DNA of 62,743 nt, the filler included, from Candidatus Fermentibacterota bacterium (GTDB taxonomy: Bacteria > JAFGKV01), in the NCBI GenBank assembly GCA_016928395.1. It is 5 parts of 5 records of this genome, joined end to end, with 100 filler letters (N's around TTAATTAATTAA, not from the genome) between each part and the next. Parts side by side here need not be neighbours in the genome. Positions count along the whole stretch, not along the records: positions 47,843 to 56,626 come from JAFGKV010000081.1; positions 56,727 to 62,743 come from JAFGKV010000083.1; 3 more parts are not named here. One strand, given 5' to 3'. A program made the position numbers and the translations under genes. The notes under the pieces were generated by a model. The model was not told where the DNA came from. It made no database searches and saw nothing but the letters and a program-made list of their open reading frames with translations. Positions 47,843 to 58,071 of the stretch are shown piece after piece. Numbering within the stretch: the first letter of the stretch is position 1; the number at the start of each line of letters is the position of its first letter.

Positions 47843-48652
47843 GCCTACGTGCCCGGGGCGCACCGCTACTTCACGATCAGAGACCCGAAGGAACGCGAGA
47901 TCGCCGTGGCGCCGTTTCGGGACCGCGTGGTTCACCACGCCGTGGTGGCGACCATCGAACCGTGGTTCGAGCGGGCCTTCATCAGCGATTCGTACGCATG
48001 CCGGAAGGGCAAGGGCGTGCACGCGGCGATACGGCGCGCGCAGGTGTTCCTCCGGCGGCATCGCTGGTATGTGAAGACGGATGTCGAGAAGTACTTCGAG
48101 CGTGTCGATCATGAGGCGCTTCTGGGTATCCTGCGGCGGAAGCTCAAGGATCGTCGGATTCTCGGGCTGCTGGAGACCATCATTCGGAACACGCGGGAGC
48201 CCGGCCGCGGGCTTCCCATCGGCAACCTGACGAGCCAGTTTCTCGCCAATGTCTACCTTGACCCGCTGGATCACTTCATCAAGGAACGACTTCGGATCCG
48301 CGCCTATGTCCGCTACATGGACGACCTCGTCGTCTTCGACGACGATCCCGCCCGCCTCGAAAGCCTGGTGAGGGAGATCGAGGGGTTTCTCCACGGCGAA
48401 CTCCGGCTTTCCTTGAAGCCCGGCTCGACATGGCGGAACACGCGCGCACACGGGCTGAGCTTCCTGGGAGTGAGGGTCTTTCCCGGCCTGCTGCGGGTTC
48501 GCGGCGAGAACCGGCGGCGGTGTCTTCGCAGGATGCGGAATGTGGTTGGAGCATGGCGAACGGGAGATCTGAGCGAGGAAGCAATGGAGCAGAGCCTCTG
48601 CAGCTCGGCGGGTCATCTGCGGTATTTCGATCGGCGGGCTGTGGTGGCATGA
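47843..48652 (+). CDS. DGR-type reverse transcriptase (5' truncated)
   Basis: DPKEREI..APFRDRVVHHA, SYACRKGKG.H.A, DGR-diagnostic GLPIGNLTSQ, YVRYMDD, FLG; no intron maturase/endonuclease tail. Confidence 0.93.
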   Translation, partial: AYVPGAHRYFTIRDPKEREIAVAPFRDRVVHHAVVATIEPWFERAFISDSYACRKGKGVHAAIRRAQVFLRRHRWYVKTDVEKYFERVDHEALLGILRRKLKDRRILGLLETIIRNTREPGRGLPIGNLTSQFLANVYLDPLDHFIKERLRIRAYVRYMDDLVVFDDDPARLESLVREIEGFLHGELRLSLKPGSTWRNTRAHGLSFLGVRVFPGLLRVRGENRRRCLRRMRNVVGAWRTGDLSEEAMEQSLCSSAGHLRYFDRRAVVA

Positions 48653-48712
48653 GCGCCGCGTGCGGCCGTTGCGATGAAGTCGTACTGATCGGTCCAGGGG
48701 CATTCCTGGAGG

Positions 48713-48838
48713 GACGGGTCGAACCGGGTGAAACGCGGCGGCAGCTGGAACAACAACGCGCAGAACTGCCGCTCCGCGAACCGCAACAACAACTCGCCCG
48801 GCAACAGCAACAACAACATCGGCTTCCGTCTCGTTCGC
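48713..48838 (+). repeat. DGR template repeat (TR)
   Basis: Reads DGSNRVKRGGSWNNNAQNCRSANRNNNSPGNSNNNIGFRLVR with all 13 Asn as AAC; matches FGE-sulfatase/CLec C-terminus but has no gene body in front. Confidence 0.92.
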
Positions 48839-49029
48839 GAGCACGGGCATCAGCAGAGCCGCGGCCTTCACGGAGGCCGCGGGAGTCCGGCGCCCGTTCA
48901 GCCTCCGGTACCGGCGCCGGGGTCTCCCGGTCGAACAGGATCGTCTCCCCTGCTTCGGTAGGCCGCTGGGTCGAAGGCGCGGGGGAGGCGGGGCGTGCCC
49001 CCAGGTCGGAGTCGTCGGCGGGGGCCTTC

Positions 49030-49530
49030 GGCTTCCCCCTCTGCTAAGGGGGACCGAGGGGTCGTTGACCCTGAGCGGAGTCGAGGGGAATTTCGAAAAT
49101 GGATCCCCGCTGCATTGGGGAAAGGGATGTAGGTTGGGCGAGCGAATGCGTACCCCAGCAGGGGGTCTGACTGCTGTGAGCTGCGAACTGTGAACTGCGA
49201 GCGAAGCGAGCCGAAATCCCTGCCGGCCTCCCACATTGGGATGGAAGACTGGAAGGCTGGAATGATGGATGGGTGGGAGACGAGGGGTTGTGCCTGCGGT
49301 GGATTGTAGGAGCGTCGTAAGGCGCGAAGGGGTGGGGCTTCTGGTTCCGATGCTCCGCGTCGGAACCAGAGTGCCCCGCTCTGCGGTGGCGAGGGGCGCG
49401 GAGCGCCAGCCGATGCGCTCCCACGGGGACCATGGGAGCGAGGAACAATGGGGAATGCGGTGCACAGACGCTGTAGGAGCGCCGAAAGGCGCGGTGCGCG
49501 GTATGCTCGCGGCTTACGCCGCTCCTACAA
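49030..49530. repeat. cluster of REP-like palindromes and short tandem repeats
   Basis: GTAG-type REPs at 49129, 49306 and an inverted pair 49472-49529; hairpin TCTGGTTCCGA..TCGGAACCAGA at 49340-49370; CTG(T/C)GA(A/G) heptamers 49174-49201; TGGAA octamers 49242-49269. Confidence 0.75.
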
Positions 49531-49654
49531 TGGGGGAATGCCCCATGAGGGCTTGTCAGGGGGTGGGGGAGAGGAGAGATTGAGGGGAGCGATCTGACAG
49601 AGAAGAATAGCAGATAGCCGAGGGTCGGAGCGGCCAGGACCAGTGGGAGGCATC

Positions 49655-52600
49655 ATGGGAACAAGAGGGAGGAAGGGATCGAAAGCTAAGGGCGAGGTTC
49701 TGGATTATCGGTTTGAGAATGTCACGAGGGTGAACATACCGCCCGCGGGGTTGGCGGCGAGGGGGACGATCGTCAGAGAGAAGAAGCTAGCCTAGCCCAC
49801 AATCCGCATCTGTCACCGACGCTGCGGTTTGACGTTACGGGCAGGGCCGACAAGATTGCCGAGTTGGTCGAGGCGGCAGGCGAGCGACGGCTCGAGCCCG
49901 ACGAGCTGAAGATCCTCCAGGAAGCCCTCCGCAATCACGAGCCATGGTTGGAATGGTCTGGGAAGCGGGAACAGCAGTGGTGCGTAGCTGATCCGGTTGC
50001 GCTTCACATCCACGAGCGCGTTTCAACGCAAGCGATTCTGAGAGTTGCGAAGCGGGAGGACGTGCAGCGCGACCTGTTCGCCGATCCCGAGATGGAGTAT
50101 CGCCAGGCGGTTCAGTTCTACAAGTGGCCGATGGACTGGACGAACCGAATGATCCTGGGCGACTCGCTGGCTGTGATGGCATCCCTCGCCCGGCGCGAGG
50201 GACTGGCCGGCAAGGTCCAGATGATCTACATGGACCCGCCCTACGGCATCAAGTACGCCAGCAACTTCCAGCCCGAAGTCGGCCGCCGCGACGTGAAGGA
50301 CAAGGACGAAGACCTCACCCGCGAACCAGAGATGGTCAAGGCCTACCGCGACACCTGGACGCTTGGCGTCCACTCCTACCTGTCCTACCTCCGGGATCGG
50401 CTGTTGCTATGCAAGGAACTCCTGGCGGACACGGGAAGCATCTTCGTGCAGATCAGCGACGAGAACTTTCATAGAGTGCGGGTTCTCATGGATGAAGTGT
50501 TCCGGGCGGAGAACTTCATATCGGTCATTGGCTTTCGGAAGACGAGTAATCTGACTGCTGAGTTTCTGCCGACCTCATGCGACTTCCTGTTGTGGTATTC
50601 CAGAGACCGAGCCAAGGCTAAGTACCGCCAGCTATTCGTAGAGAAGAGCTTCTCCAACGTATCGACGGACAGTTATGGCTGTTTCGAGACTTCTGAGGGC
50701 TTCTGGCGAAGGCTCTCTGGCCCCGAGAAGGAAGCGCCGAGCCTCTTGGCTGGGCGGAACCGCCTGTTCGGGTTGGGCGATCTCACATCATCTCACTACT
50801 ACGCCAGCCCTTCCTTCGAGTACGAAGGCAGGGAGTTCACTCCGAAGAGTCGCTATTGGTCGACGTCAGCTGGTGGCCTGGCGAGGGTCAGTGGAGCTGG
50901 CCGCATTGCCGCAGTGGGGGACACTCTGAGGTACAAGCGCTTCTTTGATGACTTCCCAGTGATGGTTCTCAATAGCCAATGGGATGACACTGGGACCGGC
51001 ACTCAGACGGAGGAGCGGGGATACGTAGTCCAGACCGCCACGAAGGTAGTAGCTCGTTGTCTTCTGATGACCACGGACCCCGGTGATCTCGTCCTCGACC
51101 CAACCTGCGGATCGGGCACGACAGCGTACGTTGCGGAGAACTGGGGGAGGCGGTGGATCACGATTGATTGCAGTAGGGTGGCGTTGGCGATTGCGAGGCA
51201 GCGGCTACTGACGGCGAAGTATGACTACTATCAGCTCAGGCCGACGAGCGCGGAGGACGTGCAGCGGAATCCCGGAGGTCCGTGGCTGAGCGATCCGGAG
51301 GGGAAGATCCAGGGGACGTGCACGTTCGACTGCAAGACCGTGCCGCACGTCACGCTCAAGAGCATCGCCCAGAACCAGGCGCTTGATCCGATCTTCGAGA
51401 AGTGGGAGCCGGTGTTGAGCAAGCGTCTGGTGGCATTGAACGATGCACTGGCAGAGACGGTCACCGATGAGATACGGCAACGGCTGAAGATGAAGATCAT
51501 CGAGAAGGAGAAGCGGGAGGGGAAGAAGGCGGTGACGGATGCGGACCGGAGGAGGTGGGTGCTGCCGGAGGTAGACGCGGCGTCTCGCCGCGTTTTGGGA
51601 AGCGGCGGGGACGCCGCTTCTACTGCGATTGAGATAGCGGGTGAGGCGAGTGGTTGGCGGGAGTGGGAGGTGCCGTTCGACACGGATCCGGATTGGCCAA
51701 GGGAGCTGCAGGAGGCGCTGACTGAGTACCGGAAGGCGTGGCGGGGGAAGATGGACGAGGTCAACGCCTGCATCGCGGCACGGGCCGATCAGGAAGAGTT
51801 GGTCGACCAGCCGTCTGTGGACCGGAGCAAGGTGCGCGTCTCGGGGCCGTTCACGGTCGAAGGTGTGATACCCGAGGAGGAGAGCATCGAGGAGGATCAA
51901 AGCCCTCACCCCCACCCTCTCCCAGAAGGAGAGGGGGATGTCTTTGTCGGTGCGCGCCCTCACCCCGACCCTCTCCCAGAAGGAGAGGGAGTGACACCCA
52001 TCGGTGGGGCGCCGGAGGAGCTGGAGACGTTCGAGGGCTCGGAGCTCGATGCGTCAGCAGCCGAGGGCCGCGAAGAATCGCTGAGGTCTGTCCGGACGGA
52101 TGCGCGGAATGCCGATGCGTACCTTGACCGGATGATTCGGCTTCTGCGTGAGGACGGGGTGCGGTTCCCGGACAACAAGGTCGTCAAGTTCGGCACGCTG
52201 GAAGCGCTGGCCGATGGATCGATCCTGCATGCCGTGGGAACATGGGGAGAAGGCGCCGAAGAGCGGCGCGCGGCGGTGATGTTCGGGCCGCAGTACGGCG
52301 CGCTGGTGACCACTATGGTCGAGGATGGGATTCGGACTGCCAGCCGGCGAGGGTACGACGATCTCGTGTTCGCGGCGTTCAGCTTCGACAGTGCGGCGCA
52401 GGCAACGATTCAGGATGATCCCGATCCCCGCGTCCGCATCCACATGGCCCAGATCAGGCCGGATGTGACGATGGGAGATCTGCTCAAGACGACCGTGTCC
52501 AGCCAGATCTTCACCGTGTCCGGCATGCCGCGCACTGAGATCAAACCCGCGGATGACGGGCAGTTCGTGGTCGAGATGCAAGGCGTAGACATCTACGATC

Positions 52601-52914
52601 CGGTAACGAACACCGTGCGGTCCACAGGCGCGGAGAAGGTCGCCGCCTGGTTCCTGGACACCGACTACGATGGCCGCTGCTTCTGCATCACGCAGGCGTT
52701 CTTCCCGGACAGGTCCTCATGGGACAAGCTGAGTCGGGCGCTGAAGGGCACGCTGGACCCCGAGGCGTTCGACAAGCTCTCGGGCACGGTGTCGCTCCCG
52801 TTCCCGGCGGGGCAGCACCGACGCGTGGCGGTGAAGGTCATCGATCCCCGCGGCAACGAAGTCGTCCGCATCCATCGGCTGGGGGCAATCGACTATCGAG
52901 AGGTGGAGTCATGA
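49655..52914 (+). CDS. type III-like R-M N6-adenine DNA methyltransferase (Mod), apparent 1-nt frameshift near 49793
   Basis: NRMILGDSL, IYMDPPYG, VLDPTCGSGTT, C-terminal VKVIDPRG; upstream ATG 49655 with GGGAGG opens a 46-aa frame that joins the long ORF if one base is added. Confidence 0.88.
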
Positions 52915-53132
52915 ACGAATACGTGGTTGTCAATCCCGAGGTGTGCGCAGGCAAGCCCGTGCTCCGGGGCACGCGGATCATGGTCAGGAACATCCTCGGC
53001 ATGGTCGCGGGCGGCTACACGGTCGACCGCATCCTTGAGGCATATCCCGAGCTGACCAAAGCCATGGTCCAGGCTGCCCTCGAGTACGCCGCGACAGTCG
53101 TCGACGAGGAGCAGGTTGTCGCCTGTGCCTGA
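52911..53132 (+). CDS. DUF433 domain protein (putative antitoxin)
   Basis: NPEVCAGKPVLRGTRI, ILEAYPEL, AALEYA; ATGA overlap with mod stop. Confidence 0.9.
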   Translation: MNEYVVVNPEVCAGKPVLRGTRIMVRNILGMVAGGYTVDRILEAYPELTKAMVQAALEYAATVVDEEQVVACA

Positions 53133-53207
53133 AGGTGGCCTGCGAATGCTCGCATCAGAACTGCCCGAGATCGGTCATCCTGTGAATCGAGCAGGGGGAG
53201 ACTAGCC

Positions 53208-56200
53208 ATGCAGCACGAACCTGTGCTCGTTCAGCCAGTCGAGAGCCCGGTCATCTGCAAACCATACTACGAGCCGACGTGCTACTGGGACTATGACAGG
53301 GAAACCGGGCAGGCTGCCATGAAGTCAGGACGACGGCCCGCGGCATACTGGTACAAGCTTCCTGAGGCGGACCTGCGACGTGGGCAGTTGACCTTCGAAT
53401 TGGAGGAGGAACGTCGTGATCTGATCTACGTGAACAAGATCAGAGCCGACGTGAAGCGGTGGCGGGAGTCAAAGTGGGAAGGCGCCTCGAACGTGACCAA
53501 GGATCTGCTCCGCCACTGGACGCGGAAGGGCCGGGCCAGGCGGCTCTTCTTCTGCCAGATTGAGGCCGCGGAGACCCTCATCTTCCTCAACGAGATCAGA
53601 GGACTGCGGCGGGATGGGAGCCGTGGCAAGCCCCGCTGGGCCCCGTCGTTCAATGACGAGGACTTCCAGGCGCTCTTCGACCAGCCGTTCGACGCCGAGT
53701 ATCCGCCGATCCCGCGCATGGGCTGCAAGATGGCCACGGGGAGCGGCAAGACCGTGGTCATGGCGATGCTCATCGCCTGGGCCTTCTGCAACCGGGGGCG
53801 AGTGCCGAGCGACGAGCGTTTCCCTCGCGCCGTGCTGGTCTGCTGCCCCAACCTGACGATCAAGGAACGGCTGCAGGTGCTGCGGACCGATACATCCGGC
53901 GAGGACTACTTCACGCAGTTCGACATCGTGCCGAGCACCTACCGGGACCTCCTGCGTGCGGGCAAGGTCATGGTCACGAACTGGCATTTCTTTGCGCCCG
54001 AGTCGGAGCACTGCGAGGGCGGGAAGAGTTACGGCGTGGTGCGCAAGGGCGAGGAGACAGACGAGGCATTCGCCCGGAATCGCCTCGGGGAACTCTACGA
54101 CCTTGGCCCGCTGATGGTGCTCAACGACGAGGGGCATCATGCCTATCGCCCCGCGCCGCTTCCCGACCTGGAGGGCGAGGGCGCCGACGCGGAGGCGCGG
54201 AAGCAGCGGGAGGAAGCCACGATCTGGGTGCAGGGGCTCGACCGCATCAACAATGCCTGCGGCATCAAGACCTGCGTGGACTTGTCGGCCACGCCGTTCT
54301 ACATCAAGGGCAGCGGGTATCCAGAGGGAGAGCCGTTCCCCTGGATCGTGAGCGACTTCGGGCTCGTGGATGCCATCGAGAGCGGCATCACGAAGATCCC
54401 CAGGCTCCCGGTCAGCGACACGACGGGCCGCCCCGATCCCAAGTACTTCAGACTCTGGAAGAACATCACGGAGAACCTGGCGCCGGCGCAGCGGCTGTCG
54501 AATGGCCGCCCCAGGCCGGACGTCGTGTGGCAACGGGCCGAGGACGCGCTGGTGCAGCTTGCGGGTGAGTACAAGAAGGCCTTCGAGGCGATCCAGGCCG
54601 CAAGCGACACCGCACTCAAGGCGCCGCCGGTCATGATCGTCGTGTGTGACAACACAGGCATCGCCCAGGTCTTCTTCGAGAGTATCTCGGGGCAGCAGGA
54701 AGTTGAGGACATCGCCGCCGAGGAGGATGCCGAGGATGATGAAGGGCAAAGCGGCAAAGCGCCTCGTCAGAAGGCCAAGCGGCGCGTCACGTACGGCAGA
54801 GGCAAGGTCTTCCCGGAGCTGTTTCAGAACGAGAACGGCCGTCTTTTCACCATCCGGATCGACAGCAAGCAGCTTGAGAAGGTCGAGAGCGAGGACCCGA
54901 ATGCGTCGAAAGACCAAGCGGCCCAGGAGCTCCGCGGAATCGTGAATACCGTCGGTAAGCCGGGGAAGTCCGGGCAGGATGTTCGCTGCGTCGTGTCGGT
55001 GGCCATGCTCACTGAGGGGTGGGATGCCAACAATGTCACCCACATCCTGGGGCTGCGCGCATTCACCAGCCAGCTCCTCTGCGAACAGGTCGTGGGGCGC
55101 GGCCTTCGACGGATGAACTACACGCCGGATCCGGTGACTGAACTGCTGCCCGAGGAGTTCGTCGACGTGTATGGCATCCCGTTCTCGGTCATCCCGTACA
55201 AGGGGAAGACTACGCGCACTCCGGTCGACCGGCCGGTAAACCACGTGAAGGCACTGCCTGAGCGGGCGGGATACGAGATTCGTTTCCCCAACGTCGAAGG
55301 GTATGTCTACTCGCTGCAGAAGATGCGGGTCCGGGCGGATGTGGGCCGGATGGAACCGATGAGGATCGAACCAGAAGTCAAGCCGACGGCGACCTTCCTG
55401 CGCATCTCGGCCGGGTATGGCGAAGGGTATGCGGCCATGAGCGGGATCGGCGATTTCGTCGAGCACAACCGCGAGGAGTACTACGCGCACCACCATCTGC
55501 AGGAGATCGAGTTCGAGGTGGCGCGGTTGATCGTGGCGGATTTGGTAGGGGAGGGACCACATGCGCCGGTACGGGGCAGCGCACGGCTGCGCGGCGTGGC
55601 ACGTCACCATCTCTTCCCGCAGGTGCTTCGGATCGTGAAGCGATTCGTGCGGGACAAGGTCGATTTCCGCGGCGTGAACCCCTGCGAGTTGGGGTTGGCG
55701 GAGTATGTCCAGCGGATGCGGGAGCGCTTGCGGGACGCGATTGAGCCGGATACCGGCATGGGGGAGGCACCGCTGTTGCCGATCTTGAACCCCTACAAGC
55801 CGGTCGGCACCACGGCGGACGTGGATTTCACCACGACGCGCAATGTGCACTCGGCGCAGCGTTCGCACGTCAACGCCATCGTGCTCGACAGCCAGTGGGA
55901 GCAGTGCGCCGCGTTCTACCTGGAGCGGCAGGCGAACTTGGTGGCGACATACGTTCGGAACGAGCGGCCGTTCCTGCTCATACCCTACGAGTTCGAGGGG
56001 GTTCAGCATCACTACGAGCCGGACTACCTGGTGCGGTTGATTGATGGAAACATGGTGATCCTGGAGATCAAGGGCGAGGAATCGGAGCAGGACCGCGCCA
56101 AGCACGAGGCGGCGCGGAGATGGATCTCCGCAATCAACAACTGGGGCCGGTTGAGCCGCTGGGAGTTCGCAGTATGCCGCGACCCGCAGCGGATAACGGA

Positions 56201-56228
56201 GGTTCTGCGGGGGCTTGCGAGGGCGTAG
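53208..56228 (+). CDS. type III-like restriction endonuclease/helicase (Res)
   Basis: FFCQIEA, KMATGSGKT, NDEGHH, LSATP, EGWD, EQVVGRGLRR, PD..LEIKG nuclease motif. Confidence 0.92.
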   Translation: MQHEPVLVQPVESPVICKPYYEPTCYWDYDRETGQAAMKSGRRPAAYWYKLPEADLRRGQLTFELEEERRDLIYVNKIRADVKRWRESKWEGASNVTKDLLRHWTRKGRARRLFFCQIEAAETLIFLNEIRGLRRDGSRGKPRWAPSFNDEDFQALFDQPFDAEYPPIPRMGCKMATGSGKTVVMAMLIAWAFCNRGRVPSDERFPRAVLVCCPNLTIKERLQVLRTDTSGEDYFTQFDIVPSTYRDLLRAGKVMVTNWHFFAPESEHCEGGKSYGVVRKGEETDEAFARNRLGELYDLGPLMVLNDEGHHAYRPAPLPDLEGEGADAEARKQREEATIWVQGLDRINNACGIKTCVDLSATPFYIKGSGYPEGEPFPWIVSDFGLVDAIESGITKIPRLPVSDTTGRPDPKYFRLWKNITENLAPAQRLSNGRPRPDVVWQRAEDALVQLAGEYKKAFEAIQAASDTALKAPPVMIVVCDNTGIAQVFFESISGQQEVEDIAAEEDAEDDEGQSGKAPRQKAKRRVTYGRGKVFPELFQNENGRLFTIRIDSKQLEKVESEDPNASKDQAAQELRGIVNTVGKPGKSGQDVRCVVSVAMLTEGWDANNVTHILGLRAFTSQLLCEQVVGRGLRRMNYTPDPVTELLPEEFVDVYGIPFSVIPYKGKTTRTPVDRPVNHVKALPERAGYEIRFPNVEGYVYSLQKMRVRADVGRMEPMRIEPEVKPTATFLRISAGYGEGYAAMSGIGDFVEHNREEYYAHHHLQEIEFEVARLIVADLVGEGPHAPVRGSARLRGVARHHLFPQVLRIVKRFVRDKVDFRGVNPCELGLAEYVQRMRERLRDAIEPDTGMGEAPLLPILNPYKPVGTTADVDFTTTRNVHSAQRSHVNAIVLDSQWEQCAAFYLERQANLVATYVRNERPFLLIPYEFEGVQHHYEPDYLVRLIDGNMVILEIKGEESEQDRAKHEAARRWISAINNWGRLSRWEFAVCRDPQRITEVLRGLARA

Positions 56229-56429
56229 GGGGCAGGGGAAGGGTGGAGCGAGGGCGTTGCCGGGAGAAAGAGGGACTATTCTAAGGTGAGAATAGTGGTG
56301 CGAGTGCGGGTGAAACGAACTTTGTTTTTTGAAGTTCACGGTCGAGGGGTTTGGCAGGGGGCTTGGCGCGGGAGTGGATGGCTCGCACGCGGCGCGTGAT
56401 CCCGCGCCCTCGGATGCGGGATAGACCGC

Positions 56430-56626
56430 GATGGGATGTAGGTTGGATTGGCGCGGGCGTAACCCCCGTCCTGTAGGAGCGCTGTGAAGCGCGAACATTG
56501 CCGCCCTGGGGTCGCGGTTTACACCGCTCCAACGGCCGCTTCGCGGCAAACAGGTAGTACGGAGCAGGAGATCCGAGACGAGGAGTTGGGCCTCAGGCCG
56601 ATTGTAGGAGCGTCGTAAGGCGCGAA
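56430..56626. repeat. GTAG-type REP cluster
   Basis: GGGATGTAGGTTGG 56433, CTGTAGGAGCGC 56471, GATTGTAGGAGCGTCGTAAGGCGCGAA 56600-56626, each matching a copy at 49124-49482. Confidence 0.75.
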
Positions 56627-56726
56627 NNNNNNNNNNNNNNNNNNNNNNNNNNNNNNNNNNNNNNNNNNNNTTAATTAATTAANNNNNNNNNNNNNNNNNN
56701 NNNNNNNNNNNNNNNNNNNNNNNNNN
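56627..56726. other. artificial contig linker
   Basis: N-run with TTAATTAATTAA. Confidence 0.99.
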
Positions 56727-58071
56727 GGAGGGCGAGTACGATACACACCGATGCGACCGCGATCGAGGGTTCCTATGCTTGCCAATCGAGAAACACTACC
56801 AGGACGCCCTCGAGAAGTACCACGGCAGGCCCACCATAGCCCTGGACACCGTGATCAAGTACATGGGCCAGGATCCGCTGGAGGACGAGCGACGCGAATA
56901 TCCTCGCGGCAGCTTTGTGTACCCCGAGCCCTTCCAGGTCGTCGCCCTCGACACCTCGTACTTCAAGCTCTTCGGGCAGACGTACTACCTGATCACCGTC
57001 TTTGAACTGGGCGGCCGACTGAATCTAATCACGCGAACGTTCCTGCACGAAAATACGCAGGCCGTGGTCTCTGTGATCGAAGAGTTCCTCACGCGGTTTC
57101 CGGGGATCCAGGTGGCCGTCATCGATCGCGGCACTCCGTACCTCAACGAGGAGGTGAAGGCTCTCCTGGAATCTCACGGGCGATACCGCGTGGTGTGCTC
57201 CCCGGAAACGCCGACGGCGAAAGCCGCGGCGGAACGTCACTTCGGCACCATGAAACCCGCAATCCGGAAGGTACTGGAATCGGTCTTCCCGCGGGACCCG
57301 GGGTGGCCGGCCGAGCTGATGGTCAAGACCATCGAGGCAGCCGCGGGCATGTTTGTCGCCATGTACCACCTGGTCCCGCAGGAGAACATTGACGGCAAGT
57401 CTCCGGCAGAGCGAGCCAGCCACTTTGACCCCGTGCGGGCCGCCGCGCGGCAGGTTGCGCTCTTTGAGCACGGCCTCAACTCCGAGCCCGGTGACCAGTA
57501 CGCTCGCCATATCCACCAGTACTTCCAGTTCCCCTGGGAAGAGAGGGAGACGGTCAACGCTCTGCGTGTCTTCTCGACCAGAGTCCTCAGGCAGCTTGTC
57601 GAGGAGGAAAAGAAAGCCATGGGGCCACCCGTCCCTCCCTCCCTGCACGACCCTCTGGGCTACCTGGCCGCGCGTGCTCGGGAGATCAGGAACAAGCTCT
57701 GGACTGCCCACTTCGCCAAAGAATGGCGCAAGGCCGAGGCGGAGCGGCAACAGCAGATCCAGGAGCGCGAACGAACCGAGTCAGATGAGAACCCCGAGGC
57801 TCATGTGGACGGCATGCTGCGTGCGCTCGTCACCAGCGTGCGCAACAACCACGGAGTCAGAACCAGCGCACGCTACATGCGCGAGCTCCTTCAGGCCCTG
57901 GCCCGGACGATGGGCGGCTTCTTCAGCCACGAGATTTCACGGCTGAAGCGGCAGGTGCGCGATCTCACCGACAGCGCACACGTGGTCGCGCAGGTAGTCG
58001 CGGTCATTGACGAGATCGTCGCCGGCCTCAAGGTCCCCGACCGACCCATCCCGGAATCGGCGCCACCATAG
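56727..58071 (+). CDS. DDE (rve) integrase/transposase with long C-terminal extension, 5' truncated
   Basis: VALDTS, VIDRGTPY, KAAAERHFGTMK triad, GKSPAE; frame open to contig edge. Confidence 0.8.

Noticed and set aside
47843-48652. Group II intron or retron RT
   Set aside because: IGNLTSQ instead of QGxxxSP, no maturase tail or VTG motif, and a TR is adjacent.
21494-48838. DGR diversifying a CIS fibre or other gene in this window
   Set aside because: Different contigs, and no gene here ends in an RGGSW...GFR variable repeat.
48728-48961. 77-aa Asn-rich ORF as an FGE-sulfatase gene
   Set aside because: It is the translated template repeat; no RBS or gene body.
49030-49530. CRISPR array
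   Set aside because: Repeats are heterogeneous palindromes without constant repeat-spacer periodicity; no cas genes.
53469-56549. 1026-aa minus-strand ORF (also 30190-32574, 1919-3670, 47795-49465)
   Set aside because: Antisense shadows of real high-GC genes, with no recognisable motifs.
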